From Bacteroidota bacterium (GTDB lineage: Bacteria > Bacteroidota > Bacteroidia > Bacteroidales > NBLH01), in the NCBI GenBank assembly GCA_025361565.1, contig JANYKN010000195.1, forward strand, positions 22,791-86,790: a stretch of 64,000 bases of DNA. Reading direction: 5' to 3'. Under the pieces are notes generated by a model. The model was not told the origin of the DNA. It ran no database searches and saw nothing but the letters and a program-made list of their open reading frames with translations. This document shows, piece after piece, positions 1 to 10,100 of this stretch. Each line of letters starts with the position of its first letter. Position 1 is the stretch's first letter. Position numbers and translations under genes: made by a program.

Positions 1-424
1 GTTTTAATTCTGTCAATTTCGGATGCCTGAATCCTCTCTTTTCATATGTTCCAATAGAAATCAAAAAAGCCCTAAGAGGTTCAATTTCATATATAAATTT
101 ATTGACCAATACCTTATAATCTGGTCTAATCTGGGTTATGATTTTTATTAGGAGCAATACATCGAGTCCTCCCAAGGGATGATTGGATACAGTAATGAAT
201 GGTCCTTCTTTTGGTATTCGTTTTAAATCATCAGAATCAATTTCATAATTGATTTGGAATTCTTCGAAAACTGAATCGATAAAATCTATTCCATCTTTTT
301 CCAGATCTCCTGAGTTTGTTTTATCCTTTTTCCTAAATTTAGAAAATTGCACCAATAATTTAGCTATAGCTGTATGCTTCCTTTGCGGAATAATAGGCTC
401 TCCTCTTAATTCATCATCAATCAT
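1..424 (-). CDS. lysophospholipid acyltransferase family protein (PlsC/hemolysin-like), 5' part only; continues past the window start
   Basis: Own translation of the minus strand from ATG at 424 is open to position 1: MIDDELRGEPIIPQRKH...RIPKEGPFITVSNHPLGGLDVLLLIKIITQIRPDYKVLVNKF... The NHPxGGxD block is typical of this acyltransferase family. Absent from the ORF track because there is no stop in the window. Confidence 0.55.
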   Translation of the reverse strand, partial: MIDDELRGEPIIPQRKHTAIAKLLVQFSKFRKKDKTNSGDLEKDGIDFIDSVFEEFQINYEIDSDDLKRIPKEGPFITVSNHPLGGLDVLLLIKIITQIRPDYKVLVNKFIYEIEPLRAFLISIGTYEKRGFRHPKLTELK

Positions 425-745
425 CTTCAAGAAAATATCTTAGTAAAAAAAATAAAGGCACCAAAAAGTATTCAATGGAACAATCTTAAATAAAATCATC
501 GCAATATTCAAATAAAATCCAAAAATAACAGAATCAGAATATTTACGAGATACAAAAATACTTAAAAAGCTAATAATTAAAACAGAGTATGCAGAATTTT
601 AAATATGAATTTGCCAGGTTTGAATTATAAGGTATACTTATTACTGTCTAATTCATTAATAGTGAGATGTTATAAGATTAAACAAATAACATTTTTTGTT
701 ATTATAAATTCCCTTCGGTTTGATATAACCTTAATCGTTTCGTCC

Positions 746-774
746 ATAAAAAAGGCTGTCATTACCGACAGCCT
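746..774 (-). terminator. rho-independent terminator downstream of the DUF5606 gene
   Basis: 8-bp perfect stem aggctgtc (753-760) / gacagcct (767-774). On the minus strand it is followed by a T-run (plus-strand A-run 748-752). Lies 57 nt past the stop at 831. Confidence 0.7.
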
Positions 775-830
775 AAAGTATTTTTCATTTTCCGAAATAA
801 AAATGAACTGAAAAGTTTGTAATATTTGAA

Positions 831-1379
831 TTACTCTTCAGATTTATCAGTTTTTTTAACAGCTTTCTTTCTTTCTTTTTTAACAGGTTTATCTTCTTCT
901 TTATCTAATCCTTCAGATTTTTCAACATTTTTAATTGCTTTATCTCCTTCTTCTGGATCTTTTTCTTCCTCCTTTTCATTTTCTTTGTCTTCTTCCAAAT
1001 CTACTAATCCTTTTTCTACCAAAAGATTGTACCAAATAACAACCTTCTTTATATCAGATACATAAACTTTTTCTCTATCGTAATCAGGAACTACTTTTTC
1101 AAAGAAAACTTTTAATTCTTCATTAGAAGATTTAGCACTTAAACTTAATTGCTTACCATTTTCCTGTTCAAAAATAGTTCTAATCACTTTTTTAAAATGT
1201 ATCTCTCCTGTTTCGGTAAAGATTGCAATATCTTCAAGTGTAGATATTTTTGAACTAGCAAAAGCCTGCATCCTTTTTTGATCAAACAGGGATTCTACTA
1301 TGAAACCTGCTTTTGTTTGTTTGATTAATTTAAACAACCCGCTATAACCTGAAATTGACAAAATTCCTGTTAAATCCAT
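831..1379 (-). CDS. DUF5606 domain-containing protein with KE-rich C-terminal tail
   Basis: N-terminus MDLTGILSISGYSGLFKLIKQTKAGFIVESL...ISTLEDIAIF matches the conserved Bacteroidota DUF5606 pattern. The tail is low-complexity Lys/Glu. Confidence 0.6.
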   Translation of the reverse strand: MDLTGILSISGYSGLFKLIKQTKAGFIVESLFDQKRMQAFASSKISTLEDIAIFTETGEIHFKKVIRTIFEQENGKQLSLSAKSSNEELKVFFEKVVPDYDREKVYVSDIKKVVIWYNLLVEKGLVDLEEDKENEKEEEKDPEEGDKAIKNVEKSEGLDKEEDKPVKKERKKAVKKTDKSEE

Positions 1380-1530
1380 ATTTACTTATTTTGATTAATT
1401 GCTTTTGATTTTTTTTTGAGGTTGTAAAAGTACTAAAAATAATTTAAATCCGATAAAAATGAACAATTTAGCTTTTTCGTATCTTTTCTTGCGAATTTTC
1501 CAGAATCATTAAACCAATTATTAAATATCG

Positions 1531-2130
1531 TTAAATAGTGCCAAGTATTTTTAGATGTATTGAATAAACTTGAGGTAAAAGTGCGACTTTCCCATCATTG
1601 ATGATTACAAAATTCGATTTATCAATCAACTCATTTTGAGGTAATTGGTTACCAATTCTTTCGATTACAGATGTACGGCTAATAGAATCCCGTTCCATAA
1701 CTCTGTTAATTCTGATTTCGTCAGGAGCTATAACTACTATAACTTTATCCACTTGCTTATAAGCTCCGCTCTCAAACAAAATGGCACTTTCTTTAATAAT
1801 ATATGAACAAAGATTAAAATTCATGAGCCACTTTTCAAAATGGAGCTTAACCCTTGGATGAACTAGCTGATTCAGTTCATTTAGTTTCTCTTTATCGTTA
1901 AATACAATATTGCCTAAATATTTTCGGTTAATGCTCCCATCTATTAAATAAACTTCACTTCCAAAATTTTGAATGAGTTTTTGTTTTAAGATATAATCAG
2001 ATTCATATAACATTTTTGCTTCGAAATCAGAATCATAAACCGGAATCATAAACGATTTAAAAACATTGGAAATTAGTGATTTTCCACTTCCAATTCCTCC
2101 TGTAATACCTATTTTAATCATTTTTCTCAA
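1531..2130 (-). CDS. coaE: dephospho-CoA kinase
   Basis: P-loop IGITGGIGSGKS at the N-terminus, about 200 aa, typical CoaE layout. Overlaps the upstream ybbR-like gene by 17 nt. Confidence 0.85.
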   Translation of the reverse strand: MRKMIKIGITGGIGSGKSLISNVFKSFMIPVYDSDFEAKMLYESDYILKQKLIQNFGSEVYLIDGSINRKYLGNIVFNDKEKLNELNQLVHPRVKLHFEKWLMNFNLCSYIIKESAILFESGAYKQVDKVIVVIAPDEIRINRVMERDSISRTSVIERIGNQLPQNELIDKSNFVIINDGKVALLPQVYSIHLKILGTI

Positions 2131-3109
2131 TAATATAATCTACCGATTGAGGATAAATTCGAATGGAAGATATGTGGTCAGGTGATTTTGCAATTTTAAC
2201 TCTTAATCGCGAAATTTTTGAATCGCCAGCCTCTTTATAATCTACAATAAGCCTGAATTGCTCTTTGTAGATAGATTGATATCGGCTAAAACCAACATTA
2301 AAAGCAATTGTTGCATTAGTAGGAAATATTTTAATTTTTAGTTTTTCAGGCGCATTTATCACTTCTATTGGCAATTCGTACTTCATCTCAGTGAATTCTT
2401 CAGCTTCAACATTACAGCTAACCCGACTGGATGAAAATTCAGTACCTGGAATCTTAATTAAATCAATTTCAAAAGTTTGTGGTCCATCAATATCAATATA
2501 TTTTTCAAATACTGTATATATTTCTGAAATGGTATCAAGCTTTGATTTAACCCCTTTTACATTAATACTGTCTGGCATAATAGTAATAGGATTCTTAAGC
2601 ATAAATTGCTTTTTAAATTCAATTTCGAAATTTTTCCTTACCTGAAGCTTCTTTGTTATCACTTCATCCATATTAAAAATTAATGAATCAGGACCTATAA
2701 TGCTTATATTCAATTCCTTGCCAATCGTGTTAATAATCTCATCTTTAAGGGATTGGGTAAGAATGAAGAATTTTTTATTTTTAGCTCCCTCTACAAGTTT
2801 CGGTTTGTGCTTTTTAAGATTGATTATAACTGGTTCAATTGAAGTTGTTTTGTAATTGATAATCCGATACCCCAAGGCTGTAATCTTGATTTTAATTTCA
2901 TTGGCCTGATCTTCTGCTATAAGCTTATTTTCTGGTGAATTAATGTATTGAACAGGAACAATAATTTCAGTATTGTACTCTTTACTAAGTGCATTGAAAA
3001 ACCAAAAAAGAGATGATATCAATAAAAAAAAGACAAAAATAATTATATTCTGGTTTAATTTTACCGATCTAATATTTTTGAATACCTGATTAAATTTGAA
3101 ACCATTCAA
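2114..3109 (-). CDS. YbbR-like domain-containing protein
   Basis: N-terminal TM helix (IIIFVFFLLISSLFWFF) followed by repeated beta-rich modules. Sits in the conserved Bacteroidota position upstream of coaE. Confidence 0.55.
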   Translation of the reverse strand: MNGFKFNQVFKNIRSVKLNQNIIIFVFFLLISSLFWFFNALSKEYNTEIIVPVQYINSPENKLIAEDQANEIKIKITALGYRIINYKTTSIEPVIINLKKHKPKLVEGAKNKKFFILTQSLKDEIINTIGKELNISIIGPDSLIFNMDEVITKKLQVRKNFEIEFKKQFMLKNPITIMPDSINVKGVKSKLDTISEIYTVFEKYIDIDGPQTFEIDLIKIPGTEFSSSRVSCNVEAEEFTEMKYELPIEVINAPEKLKIKIFPTNATIAFNVGFSRYQSIYKEQFRLIVDYKEAGDSKISRLRVKIAKSPDHISSIRIYPQSVDYIIEKND

Positions 3110-3385
3110 TACTGTATAATTTAAATTATTTCGTTCATAAACTATCTTAATACTAAAAGCTAAAATTATATAAAAAACTTTTCCTTTGGCTTAAATAACT
3201 GAAAAGAAGTTTTTATAATTTTTTAGTCGTCCAATTTCCTTTTAAAATTCATAATTAAAGATGAAATAATTATTTCTAACATTCTCTATATTATTTGCAT
3301 TGAATTAATTAAACTAAAAAAGTCAGAAAAATAAATTTTCCCGACTTTTCAAAAGACTTAATTTCTGTCTTTAATAAAGAAATTT

Positions 3386-3706
3386 TTATTTCTGGGTCAT
3401 TAAATCGCTAGAATCTAGTACCAATGCAGATTTATCAACTTTTAGCCTCATTTTTCCTTCGACTTCCATAATTACTGTTTTATCAGAAGTTTCAACTACT
3501 TTTCCATAAATTCCACCAAGAGTTATCACTTTATCTCCATTTTGAATTCCTTCGCGAAATTTACGTAAATCCTTTTGTTTTTTCATTTGGGGCCTTATCA
3601 TAAAAAAATAAAACACCACAACAATTAACACCAATGGTAATAAAGAAACCAGAGGACTTTCTCCCTCTTTTGGTGCCATTAATAATACTGTAAGTAAATC
3701 ATTCAT
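3386..3706 (-). CDS. yajC: preprotein translocase subunit YajC
   Basis: 106 aa with a single TM, then MIRPQMKKQKDLRKFREGIQNGDKVITLGGIYGKVVE, the canonical YajC core. Confidence 0.85.
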   Translation of the reverse strand: MNDLLTVLLMAPKEGESPLVSLLPLVLIVVVFYFFMIRPQMKKQKDLRKFREGIQNGDKVITLGGIYGKVVETSDKTVIMEVEGKMRLKVDKSALVLDSSDLMTQK

Positions 3707-3842
3707 TTCTAATCTATTTTAATTAATTATCTATTTAAACTTTTGTTATTTTGATCTAATTAGCTGATAATTATTCACCTAATTGAAATTGACTTAGTTA
3801 AATACTAATTTCAGGTAACCAATTTATAATTTCCAGTTTCAA

Positions 3843-4295
3843 CTAATTTTCTGGCTCTGTAACTTTTGCCCAAAGCTTTAAAACTGTTTTTGATGAATCA
3901 CAATTTGAATAAACTTCAATTTGTTTTATTTGCAATCCTCTATATCCATCACTATTAAATTCTACTTCAATGAACCCTTCATTGTTTGGCGAAATTGGAT
4001 TTTTATCATAATTTGCAACAGTACAACCACACGAACTAATCACATTTTCGATTTTTAAATCGCCTTTCCCAATATTTTTAAATGGAAAACGATGCGAAAC
4101 CTTTTCACCCATAGTAATATTCCCAAAATCAAACTCCAAATTAGTAAACTGAATTTTAGGTTTACCCGTATTTTCAGCTTGCTTTTTTTGACCGCATGCA
4201 ATCAGAATCAAAAAAAAACATAACACCAATATAAATTTTATTTTTTGCAAAAATTGATTTTTTTTTTCTAATTCAAAACTAACTCTCATATTCAA
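3843..4295 (-). CDS. DUF1573 domain-containing lipoprotein
   Basis: Lipobox LILIACG. Also FDFGNI...HRFPFKNIGKGDLKIENVISSCGCT, the characteristic DUF1573 motif. Confidence 0.7.
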   Translation of the reverse strand: MNMRVSFELEKKNQFLQKIKFILVLCFFLILIACGQKKQAENTGKPKIQFTNLEFDFGNITMGEKVSHRFPFKNIGKGDLKIENVISSCGCTVANYDKNPISPNNEGFIEVEFNSDGYRGLQIKQIEVYSNCDSSKTVLKLWAKVTEPEN

Positions 4296-4415
4296 TAATT
4301 CTTTTCAGCAATACTTATTAAAAAATCAATTTATAATATTCCAAAATAAAAGTCAATTATTGTTCAATATGCCGATTAGGAATTTTGATCTTTAATTTTC
4401 CTTTTGGCAGAAGTG

Positions 4416-5366
4416 TCAGGTAATCAAGCCCCGACCCTTTTTATTTAAACGACCTTCAGCCTCAAACTGTTTTATTATTTTGTCTAATAAGCCATTAATA
4501 AAAACTTTACTGCGCTCGGTACTATAATATTTTGAAATTTCAATGAACTCGTCAAGTGTAACTTTAACTGGGATTGAACTAAATTCTAGTATTTCTGCAA
4601 TTGCAAGTTGTAATATCAACAAATCCAATTGTGCAATTCTCTCTGTATCCCAATTTTCAACATGCTTTTCAATAATTTTGAGATATTCTTCTCTGTTAAC
4701 AATGGCACTTCGAATAATTTTTTTAGTAAATTCTTTGTCATCATCGTTTTTAAACAATGGAAGTAATTTCGTATTGTTTCCTTCAGGCTTAAAATTCTCA
4801 AGAGTTTTAAGAACCATTACAATTGCAAATCCACAATCATCGTTCCAATATATATTTTCCTCTTCAAGAAAATCTATAAATGACACATTTTCTGATAAAA
4901 ATTCGGAATAGAAATCGGACAATAGCTTTTTGTCGCTTTCAAACGAAGAATTTTCAGAAACTATATATGATTTATAAAGTTCAGTCTCAATAAAGTCATT
5001 ATATATTTTTTTTACAAGATCGGGGTTTGCCTTCCAATTTAATTTGTGTTCCTCTTTTAAATTAATTAAGTGCTGATTTGTATCAAGCAATTTAATTAAT
5101 CTATTGTCAACTAAAATAGTACTTGGAAACTGGTCATCAACAGATTTGATGTTTTTGTTTTGCCTCAACTCTATCCTGGCTCTTTCCAATTTGGACATTT
5201 CTATAATTAGCAAGAGAAGCAACAAGTATAAATCGTAAAACTTATCGATGCTATGAAAAAGCTCTTTCTCAGCTACTAATGAGCTATAGCCTTCATTTTT
5301 TTTTGAATAGGCATATAATACCTGTAAAACCTTAATCCGAATTAATCTTCTGCTAATCATAAACAA
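4416..5366 (-). CDS. nusB: transcription antitermination factor NusB (long Bacteroidota form)
   Basis: N-terminus SRRLIRIKVLQVLYAY and C-terminus ...EFIEISKYYSTERSKVFINGLLDKI. Sits in the nusB-DUF1573-yajC synteny. Confidence 0.8.
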   Translation of the reverse strand: MFMISRRLIRIKVLQVLYAYSKKNEGYSSLVAEKELFHSIDKFYDLYLLLLLLIIEMSKLERARIELRQNKNIKSVDDQFPSTILVDNRLIKLLDTNQHLINLKEEHKLNWKANPDLVKKIYNDFIETELYKSYIVSENSSFESDKKLLSDFYSEFLSENVSFIDFLEEENIYWNDDCGFAIVMVLKTLENFKPEGNNTKLLPLFKNDDDKEFTKKIIRSAIVNREEYLKIIEKHVENWDTERIAQLDLLILQLAIAEILEFSSIPVKVTLDEFIEISKYYSTERSKVFINGLLDKIIKQFEAEGRLNKKGRGLIT

Positions 5367-6065
5367 AGAACCTTATATAATTTATACTCAAGAGCGCAAA
5401 AGTAATCGAAATATTATTTTCCGAAAACAATTTAAAGCTAATTAACAATCTTTATTTAAGAATTATTACTTTTTTAAACTTCCAAATCAAATAAAAATAC
5501 AAAATCCGAAATCTATTTATTGATTTCCTTATACTTAAACCATGTAAACCAACCCTTTTATTTTTAATTAATGAATTAATTTATTGTCAATTATAATTGA
5601 TTTTGTCCCGAAGCTTATGCTTTTAAACCATTTCATATCATTGAAATGACTAACTATTATCAACTATAGTCCGAAAAAAAGTTATTTGATGGTTTTTCCA
5701 AACAGTTTACACGTCCTAAATTAAACAATATTGATTTCTCTTGGATAATTCATTGATTATGTATCTATTAAAGCCTATATTTTATCTTTTTATTATTAAA
5801 TCCTAAAATTGTTTTTTATTTAAGATATGAAAACTATATTTGCATACTTTGATTTTTAATTAAACAAGAGATACTTAGAATATAACTTGAAAAAACTCAG
5901 GTAAAAAATCAAATTTAACTCATATAATAATAATGTATTAATCTTTTTTTTAAGTACCTGATGTATTAATAAATCAGATTATTCTTATATGATTTTTATA
6001 AATATTGCAATAATGCATACTAGTTTAAGGTAAAAAAATCAGTACTAATTTTATTTTAATTTTTT

Positions 6066-6404
6066 ATGGAAGAATTTGAAAAAAATGATAGCCTTGAAAG
6101 AGATGAAATTTTTTCAAAAGCAGTTAGGGCAGGGAAAAGAACCTATTTTTTTGATGTAAAATCGACTAGGAAAAACGATTTTTACCTTACTATTACTGAA
6201 AGAAAAAGGCGTTATGAGCAAGATGGCAGTTTTCAGGTCGAAAAACATAAAATCTTTTTGTATAAAGAAGATTTTGTAAAATTTACTGAAGGCCTTTCGG
6301 AAGTTATAGAATTCATCAGAGCAAATATTGGCAATATTGAAGAATCTCCAATGGAAAACATTGAGAATTTTACAAAAGTTGAATTTGAGGATTTAGAGGA
6401 ATAG
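6066..6404 (+). CDS. DUF3276 / PUR-alpha-like nucleic-acid-binding protein
   Basis: IFSKAVRAGKRTYFFDVKSTRKNDFYLTITERKRR...HKIFLYKEDFVKFTEGL is the typical DUF3276 (PurA-like repeat) signature. Confidence 0.7.
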   Translation: MEEFEKNDSLERDEIFSKAVRAGKRTYFFDVKSTRKNDFYLTITERKRRYEQDGSFQVEKHKIFLYKEDFVKFTEGLSEVIEFIRANIGNIEESPMENIENFTKVEFEDLEE

Positions 6405-6594
6405 ATTTTTTTAGTTTGCCAGATAAAATTTTTACCAAACAAAATTGGTACATCTGTTTTTGGAATTTATGTTATTGATTTGAAAAACCTTCAGTGTATA
6501 TTTTAATTTTGGGCCGAAAACTAATTACAGCTTTATAAAAAATGACAAACATCCTTGATAATAGTCATTTATTCATTTTAAAATTAACATTTTT

Positions 6595-7320
6595 CTAACC
6601 TGACACATTATGCCAGGACTCTCTAATTTCATCAATTGATAATACTTTTACATTGGTTAGAATGAATTTTAAACTTATAAAATCACCAATTTGGTTACAT
6701 TCATCAATAGCTAAATTAATTAATTCTTTTATAGATACATTTAAAGGAACAATTGCTAAAAAAGTACTATAATTCTCATAAAAATCAATTTTCTCTATTT
6801 CACCATCCTGTTTTTTCATAGAAAAATTCAATTCCTTTTCAATTAATTTTTTTTGTAATTCAGTAAATGGATTTCCTTCTTTTGAAGCTAAAACTGTAAA
6901 ATATCTGAGTTTTTTGCCCTTGCCTCCGAGTCCAGTTGAAATAATTACTTGATTTTCATCCAGTAATGAGCTTTCTATTGTCATCCTACTTTCCTGTAAA
7001 GACAATGTTGTCCAGTCTTTGAGTTCTTCTGGGCAATCTTTTAGAAATTTTTCAATAATTCTAAAAGCTTCTACGTCATCTAGATTCGCAAGTAACGTCA
7101 ATATTTCCATCTTTTCTTTTACATCAATATTTTCGTCAAAAAGCAATTCTTTTTTCGATATGGTTTCCGCTTTATCAGGTCTGTTTTCTTTGATTTTCTT
7201 CGACCTTTCAAAATAAGTCATTTGGGTTTTAATGTCAATTTGCTCCTCAAGAATGCTGTAGTTCTCAGGAATACGCCCAAATAACTCTAGGATTTTGTTG
7301 TAAATATTATCGCTTTCCAT
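6595..7320 (-). CDS. hypothetical protein
   Basis: Clean 241-aa ORF with normal composition. No motif recognised. Confidence 0.4.
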   Translation of the reverse strand: MESDNIYNKILELFGRIPENYSILEEQIDIKTQMTYFERSKKIKENRPDKAETISKKELLFDENIDVKEKMEILTLLANLDDVEAFRIIEKFLKDCPEELKDWTTLSLQESRMTIESSLLDENQVIISTGLGGKGKKLRYFTVLASKEGNPFTELQKKLIEKELNFSMKKQDGEIEKIDFYENYSTFLAIVPLNVSIKELINLAIDECNQIGDFISLKFILTNVKVLSIDEIRESWHNVSG

Positions 7321-7548
7321 ATCAATTTCACATTAAGTCTTAAACTTCTTTCAGGTGGCAAAAATACCTAATAATTGGTATTGGTGAAAAACTTTTCTTG
7401 GGATATTTTTGCATAAGTATAAAATGCTTTAAATCTCTCTCAATCTAAAATGCCCAAATTGTAGTTTATCCCAATATTTTGGCTTTATCTCATAGGCTTA
7501 TTATTATTTCACATTCAACAACAAACTAAATTTTATAAAATAAAAAAG

Positions 7549-10032
7549 ATGAATCTTGCTGATTTACAAACAGGTGAAAATGGAATAGTTGTTAAAGTAA
7601 AAGGTCGAGGTTCTTTTAGAAAAAGAATAACAGAAATGGGCTTTATCAAAGGACGACAAATTACTGTTATAAAAAATGCACCACTAAAAGATCCCGTAGA
7701 ATATAAAATAATGGAATATGCGGTGTCACTCCGCAGAAGTGAAGCTGCCCTAATTGAAGTGGTAAGTATTGATGAGGCAAAAAGCTTATTGAATGGTAAC
7801 TTTGAAGGCACTATTAGTGAAGACATTATAAGAATCAAAGCTATAGAAAAAAGTAAAACCATTAATGTTGCACTTGTTGGAAATCCAAATTGCGGAAAAA
7901 CAACACTTTACAATTATGCTTCGGGATCTAAAGAGCATGTTGGTAATTACAGTGGTGTAACAGTTGATCTAAAAACAGCTGTTTTTAAATTAAATGGCTA
8001 CACATTTAATATTACAGATTTGCCAGGAACATATTCTTTGACGGCCTATTCACCAGAAGAATTATATGTTAGAAATTTTATAATTAGCGAAAATCCAGAT
8101 GTGATAGTCAATGTAGTTGATGCATCCAATCTGGAACGAAATCTATATTTAACTACACAACTCATCGATATGGATGTTAATGTAGTTATTGCTCTGAACA
8201 TTTATGATGAATTACAAAAAAAAGGTGCAAGGTTCGATTATTTATCATTGGCAAAAATGATTGGTATTCCAATTGTTCCAACTGTTAGCTCAAAGGGCAA
8301 AGGAATTGCTGACCTATTTCTGAAAGTAATTGATGCTTATGAAGATAAAGCTCCAAGCAGCCGGCATATTCACATTAACTATGGTCAATATATAGAAAAA
8401 GCGATTTCAAAATTACAATCAACGATAAAAATTGAAAAAAACCTATGGATTACAGATAAAATGTCTTCACGTTTTATATCAATTAAAATTCTGGAAGAGG
8501 ATAATGAAATTAATAAAATTATAGAAAATTGTCATAATCCTATTGAAATTCTTGAATGTGGGAAAATTGAAAAGCAAAAAATAAAAGAACAACTTTTCGA
8601 TGATAGTGAAACAGCAATTACTGATGCCAGATATGGTTTTATCTCTGGTGCACTAAAAGAAACATACAAAGAGAGCAATGTAAAAAGAAGGAGAAAAACA
8701 GAGATAATCGATACATTTTTAACTCACAAATTATTCGGTTATCCTATTTTTATTTTTTTTATGTGGCTGACATTTCAATCGACTTTTTCGCTGGGCCAAT
8801 ACCCAATGGACTGGATTGATGAAGCAATTCAACATCTAAGCTTACTTTTGCAAAATAATATGCCTGATGGAATGCTTAAAGATTTAATTATTGATGGTAT
8901 AGTTGGAGGAGTGGGAAGTGTGATTGTTTTTTTGCCCAATATTTTGATTCTGTTCTTCTTTATTTCATTAATGGAAGACACAGGATATATGGCCCGTGTA
9001 GCATTTATTATGGATAAAATTATGCATAAAATTGGTTTACATGGCAAATCATTTATCCCGCTAATAATGGGGTTTGGCTGCAACGTACCAGCCATTATGT
9101 CAACACGAACACTGGAAAACAGAAATGATCGGATTTTAACTATACTTATTAATCCTTTCATGTCGTGCAGTGCGAGATTGCCGGTATATTTGATTATTAT
9201 TGGGGCTGTTTTTCCGAAACATGCGGGATCTCTATTGTTTTCACTTTATATTTTCGGAATTATACTGGCAGCTTTAATTGCTATTCTTTTTAAGAAACTT
9301 ATTTTCAAATCAAAAGATGCACCGTTCGTAATGGAACTTCCACCATACAGGATGCCCACAATGAAATCGACTTCACTGCATATGTGGCATAAAGGACAAC
9401 AGTATCTGCAAAAAATGGGAGGAGTTATTTTGGTAGCTTCTATCATTATCTGGTCATTGGGATATTTCCCAAGAGAGAATAAAAGAATCATCCTAATTAG
9501 TCAAAATCTCGATTCCTTAAAATTGGATTATAAAAAGAAAACAAATAATTCAGATTCATCCCTTCGTTATCAAAAAAATGAAAAATATTTACAAGCAGTT
9601 GATTCAATGGAATTATTAATGAGATTGATCCGAAATGAAAATTCGTATATTGGCAGAATTGGGAAAATGGCAGAACCAATTATGAAACCACTGGGTTTTG
9701 ATTGGAAAATGAGTGTAAGCATTCTAACAGGAATTGCTGCTAAAGAAGTTGTTGTAAGTACTCTTGGCGTGCTTTATCAGTCAGATTCTAATGCTGATGA
9801 ACATTCGAAAAGCTTAAAAAGTGCATTGCAAAAGGATGGAAATTTCACACCATTGGCGGCTCTATCCTTTTTACTTTTTATTTTGATTTATTTCCCATGC
9901 ATTGCAGTAATTGCGGCTGTAAAAAAAGAAACAGGCCATTGGAAATGGGCTTTGTTTGTGATGGTTTATACAACAGCACTTGCATGGGCTTTATCTTTTT
10001 TGGTATATCAGGTGGGAAGTTGGTTCGTCTAA
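7549..10032 (+). CDS. feoB: ferrous iron transporter, fused FeoA-FeoB
   Basis: N-terminal FeoA-like SH3 domain (LADLQTGENGIVVKVKG...GFIKGRQITVIKNAPLKDPVEY). Then a G-domain (VGNPNCGKTTLYN, DLPGTYSL) and the polytopic permease. Confidence 0.9.
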   Translation: MNLADLQTGENGIVVKVKGRGSFRKRITEMGFIKGRQITVIKNAPLKDPVEYKIMEYAVSLRRSEAALIEVVSIDEAKSLLNGNFEGTISEDIIRIKAIEKSKTINVALVGNPNCGKTTLYNYASGSKEHVGNYSGVTVDLKTAVFKLNGYTFNITDLPGTYSLTAYSPEELYVRNFIISENPDVIVNVVDASNLERNLYLTTQLIDMDVNVVIALNIYDELQKKGARFDYLSLAKMIGIPIVPTVSSKGKGIADLFLKVIDAYEDKAPSSRHIHINYGQYIEKAISKLQSTIKIEKNLWITDKMSSRFISIKILEEDNEINKIIENCHNPIEILECGKIEKQKIKEQLFDDSETAITDARYGFISGALKETYKESNVKRRRKTEIIDTFLTHKLFGYPIFIFFMWLTFQSTFSLGQYPMDWIDEAIQHLSLLLQNNMPDGMLKDLIIDGIVGGVGSVIVFLPNILILFFFISLMEDTGYMARVAFIMDKIMHKIGLHGKSFIPLIMGFGCNVPAIMSTRTLENRNDRILTILINPFMSCSARLPVYLIIIGAVFPKHAGSLLFSLYIFGIILAALIAILFKKLIFKSKDAPFVMELPPYRMPTMKSTSLHMWHKGQQYLQKMGGVILVASIIIWSLGYFPRENKRIILISQNLDSLKLDYKKKTNNSDSSLRYQKNEKYLQAVDSMELLMRLIRNENSYIGRIGKMAEPIMKPLGFDWKMSVSILTGIAAKEVVVSTLGVLYQSDSNADEHSKSLKSALQKDGNFTPLAALSFLLFILIYFPCIAVIAAVKKETGHWKWALFVMVYTTALAWALSFLVYQVGSWFV

Positions 10033-10057
10033 TCTCTCATAAAAAATCAGTTAATCC

Positions 10058-10095
10058 AAAAAAAAGGGAACGAACTAAACCGCTCCCTTTTATTT
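10058..10095. terminator. bidirectional terminator between convergent feoB and the BNR/T9SS gene
   Basis: Stem gggaacg (10065-10071) / cgctccc (10080-10086) with one mismatch. Flanked by an A-run (10058-10064) and a T-run (10087-10090). Confidence 0.55.
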
Positions 10096-10100
10096 ATAAC

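Noticed and set aside
605-811. 68-aa plus-strand ORF in the gap between the acyltransferase and the DUF5606 gene.
   Set aside because: It contains the terminator hairpin of the DUF5606 gene and has an odd Ile/Leu/Lys-rich composition. No ribosome-binding or promoter context supports it.
826-1065. 79-aa plus-strand ORF rich in Ser/Phe/Leu, antisense to the DUF5606 gene. The same type of ORF occurs at 2391-2645, 4543-4911, 7533-7862, 34770-35117, 47314-47848, 58299-59367 and 62475-63089.
   Set aside because: All lie fully inside well-supported genes on the opposite strand. They have low-complexity, AT-codon-driven composition and no recognisable motifs. They are typical shadow ORFs of an AT-rich genome.
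7395-7430. Inverted repeat aatacc-N8-ggtatt upstream of feoAB as a possible Fur box.
   Set aside because: The arms are only 6 bp, and it bears no resemblance to the GATAATGATAATCATTATC-type Fur consensus. Such palindromes are expected by chance in AT-rich DNA.
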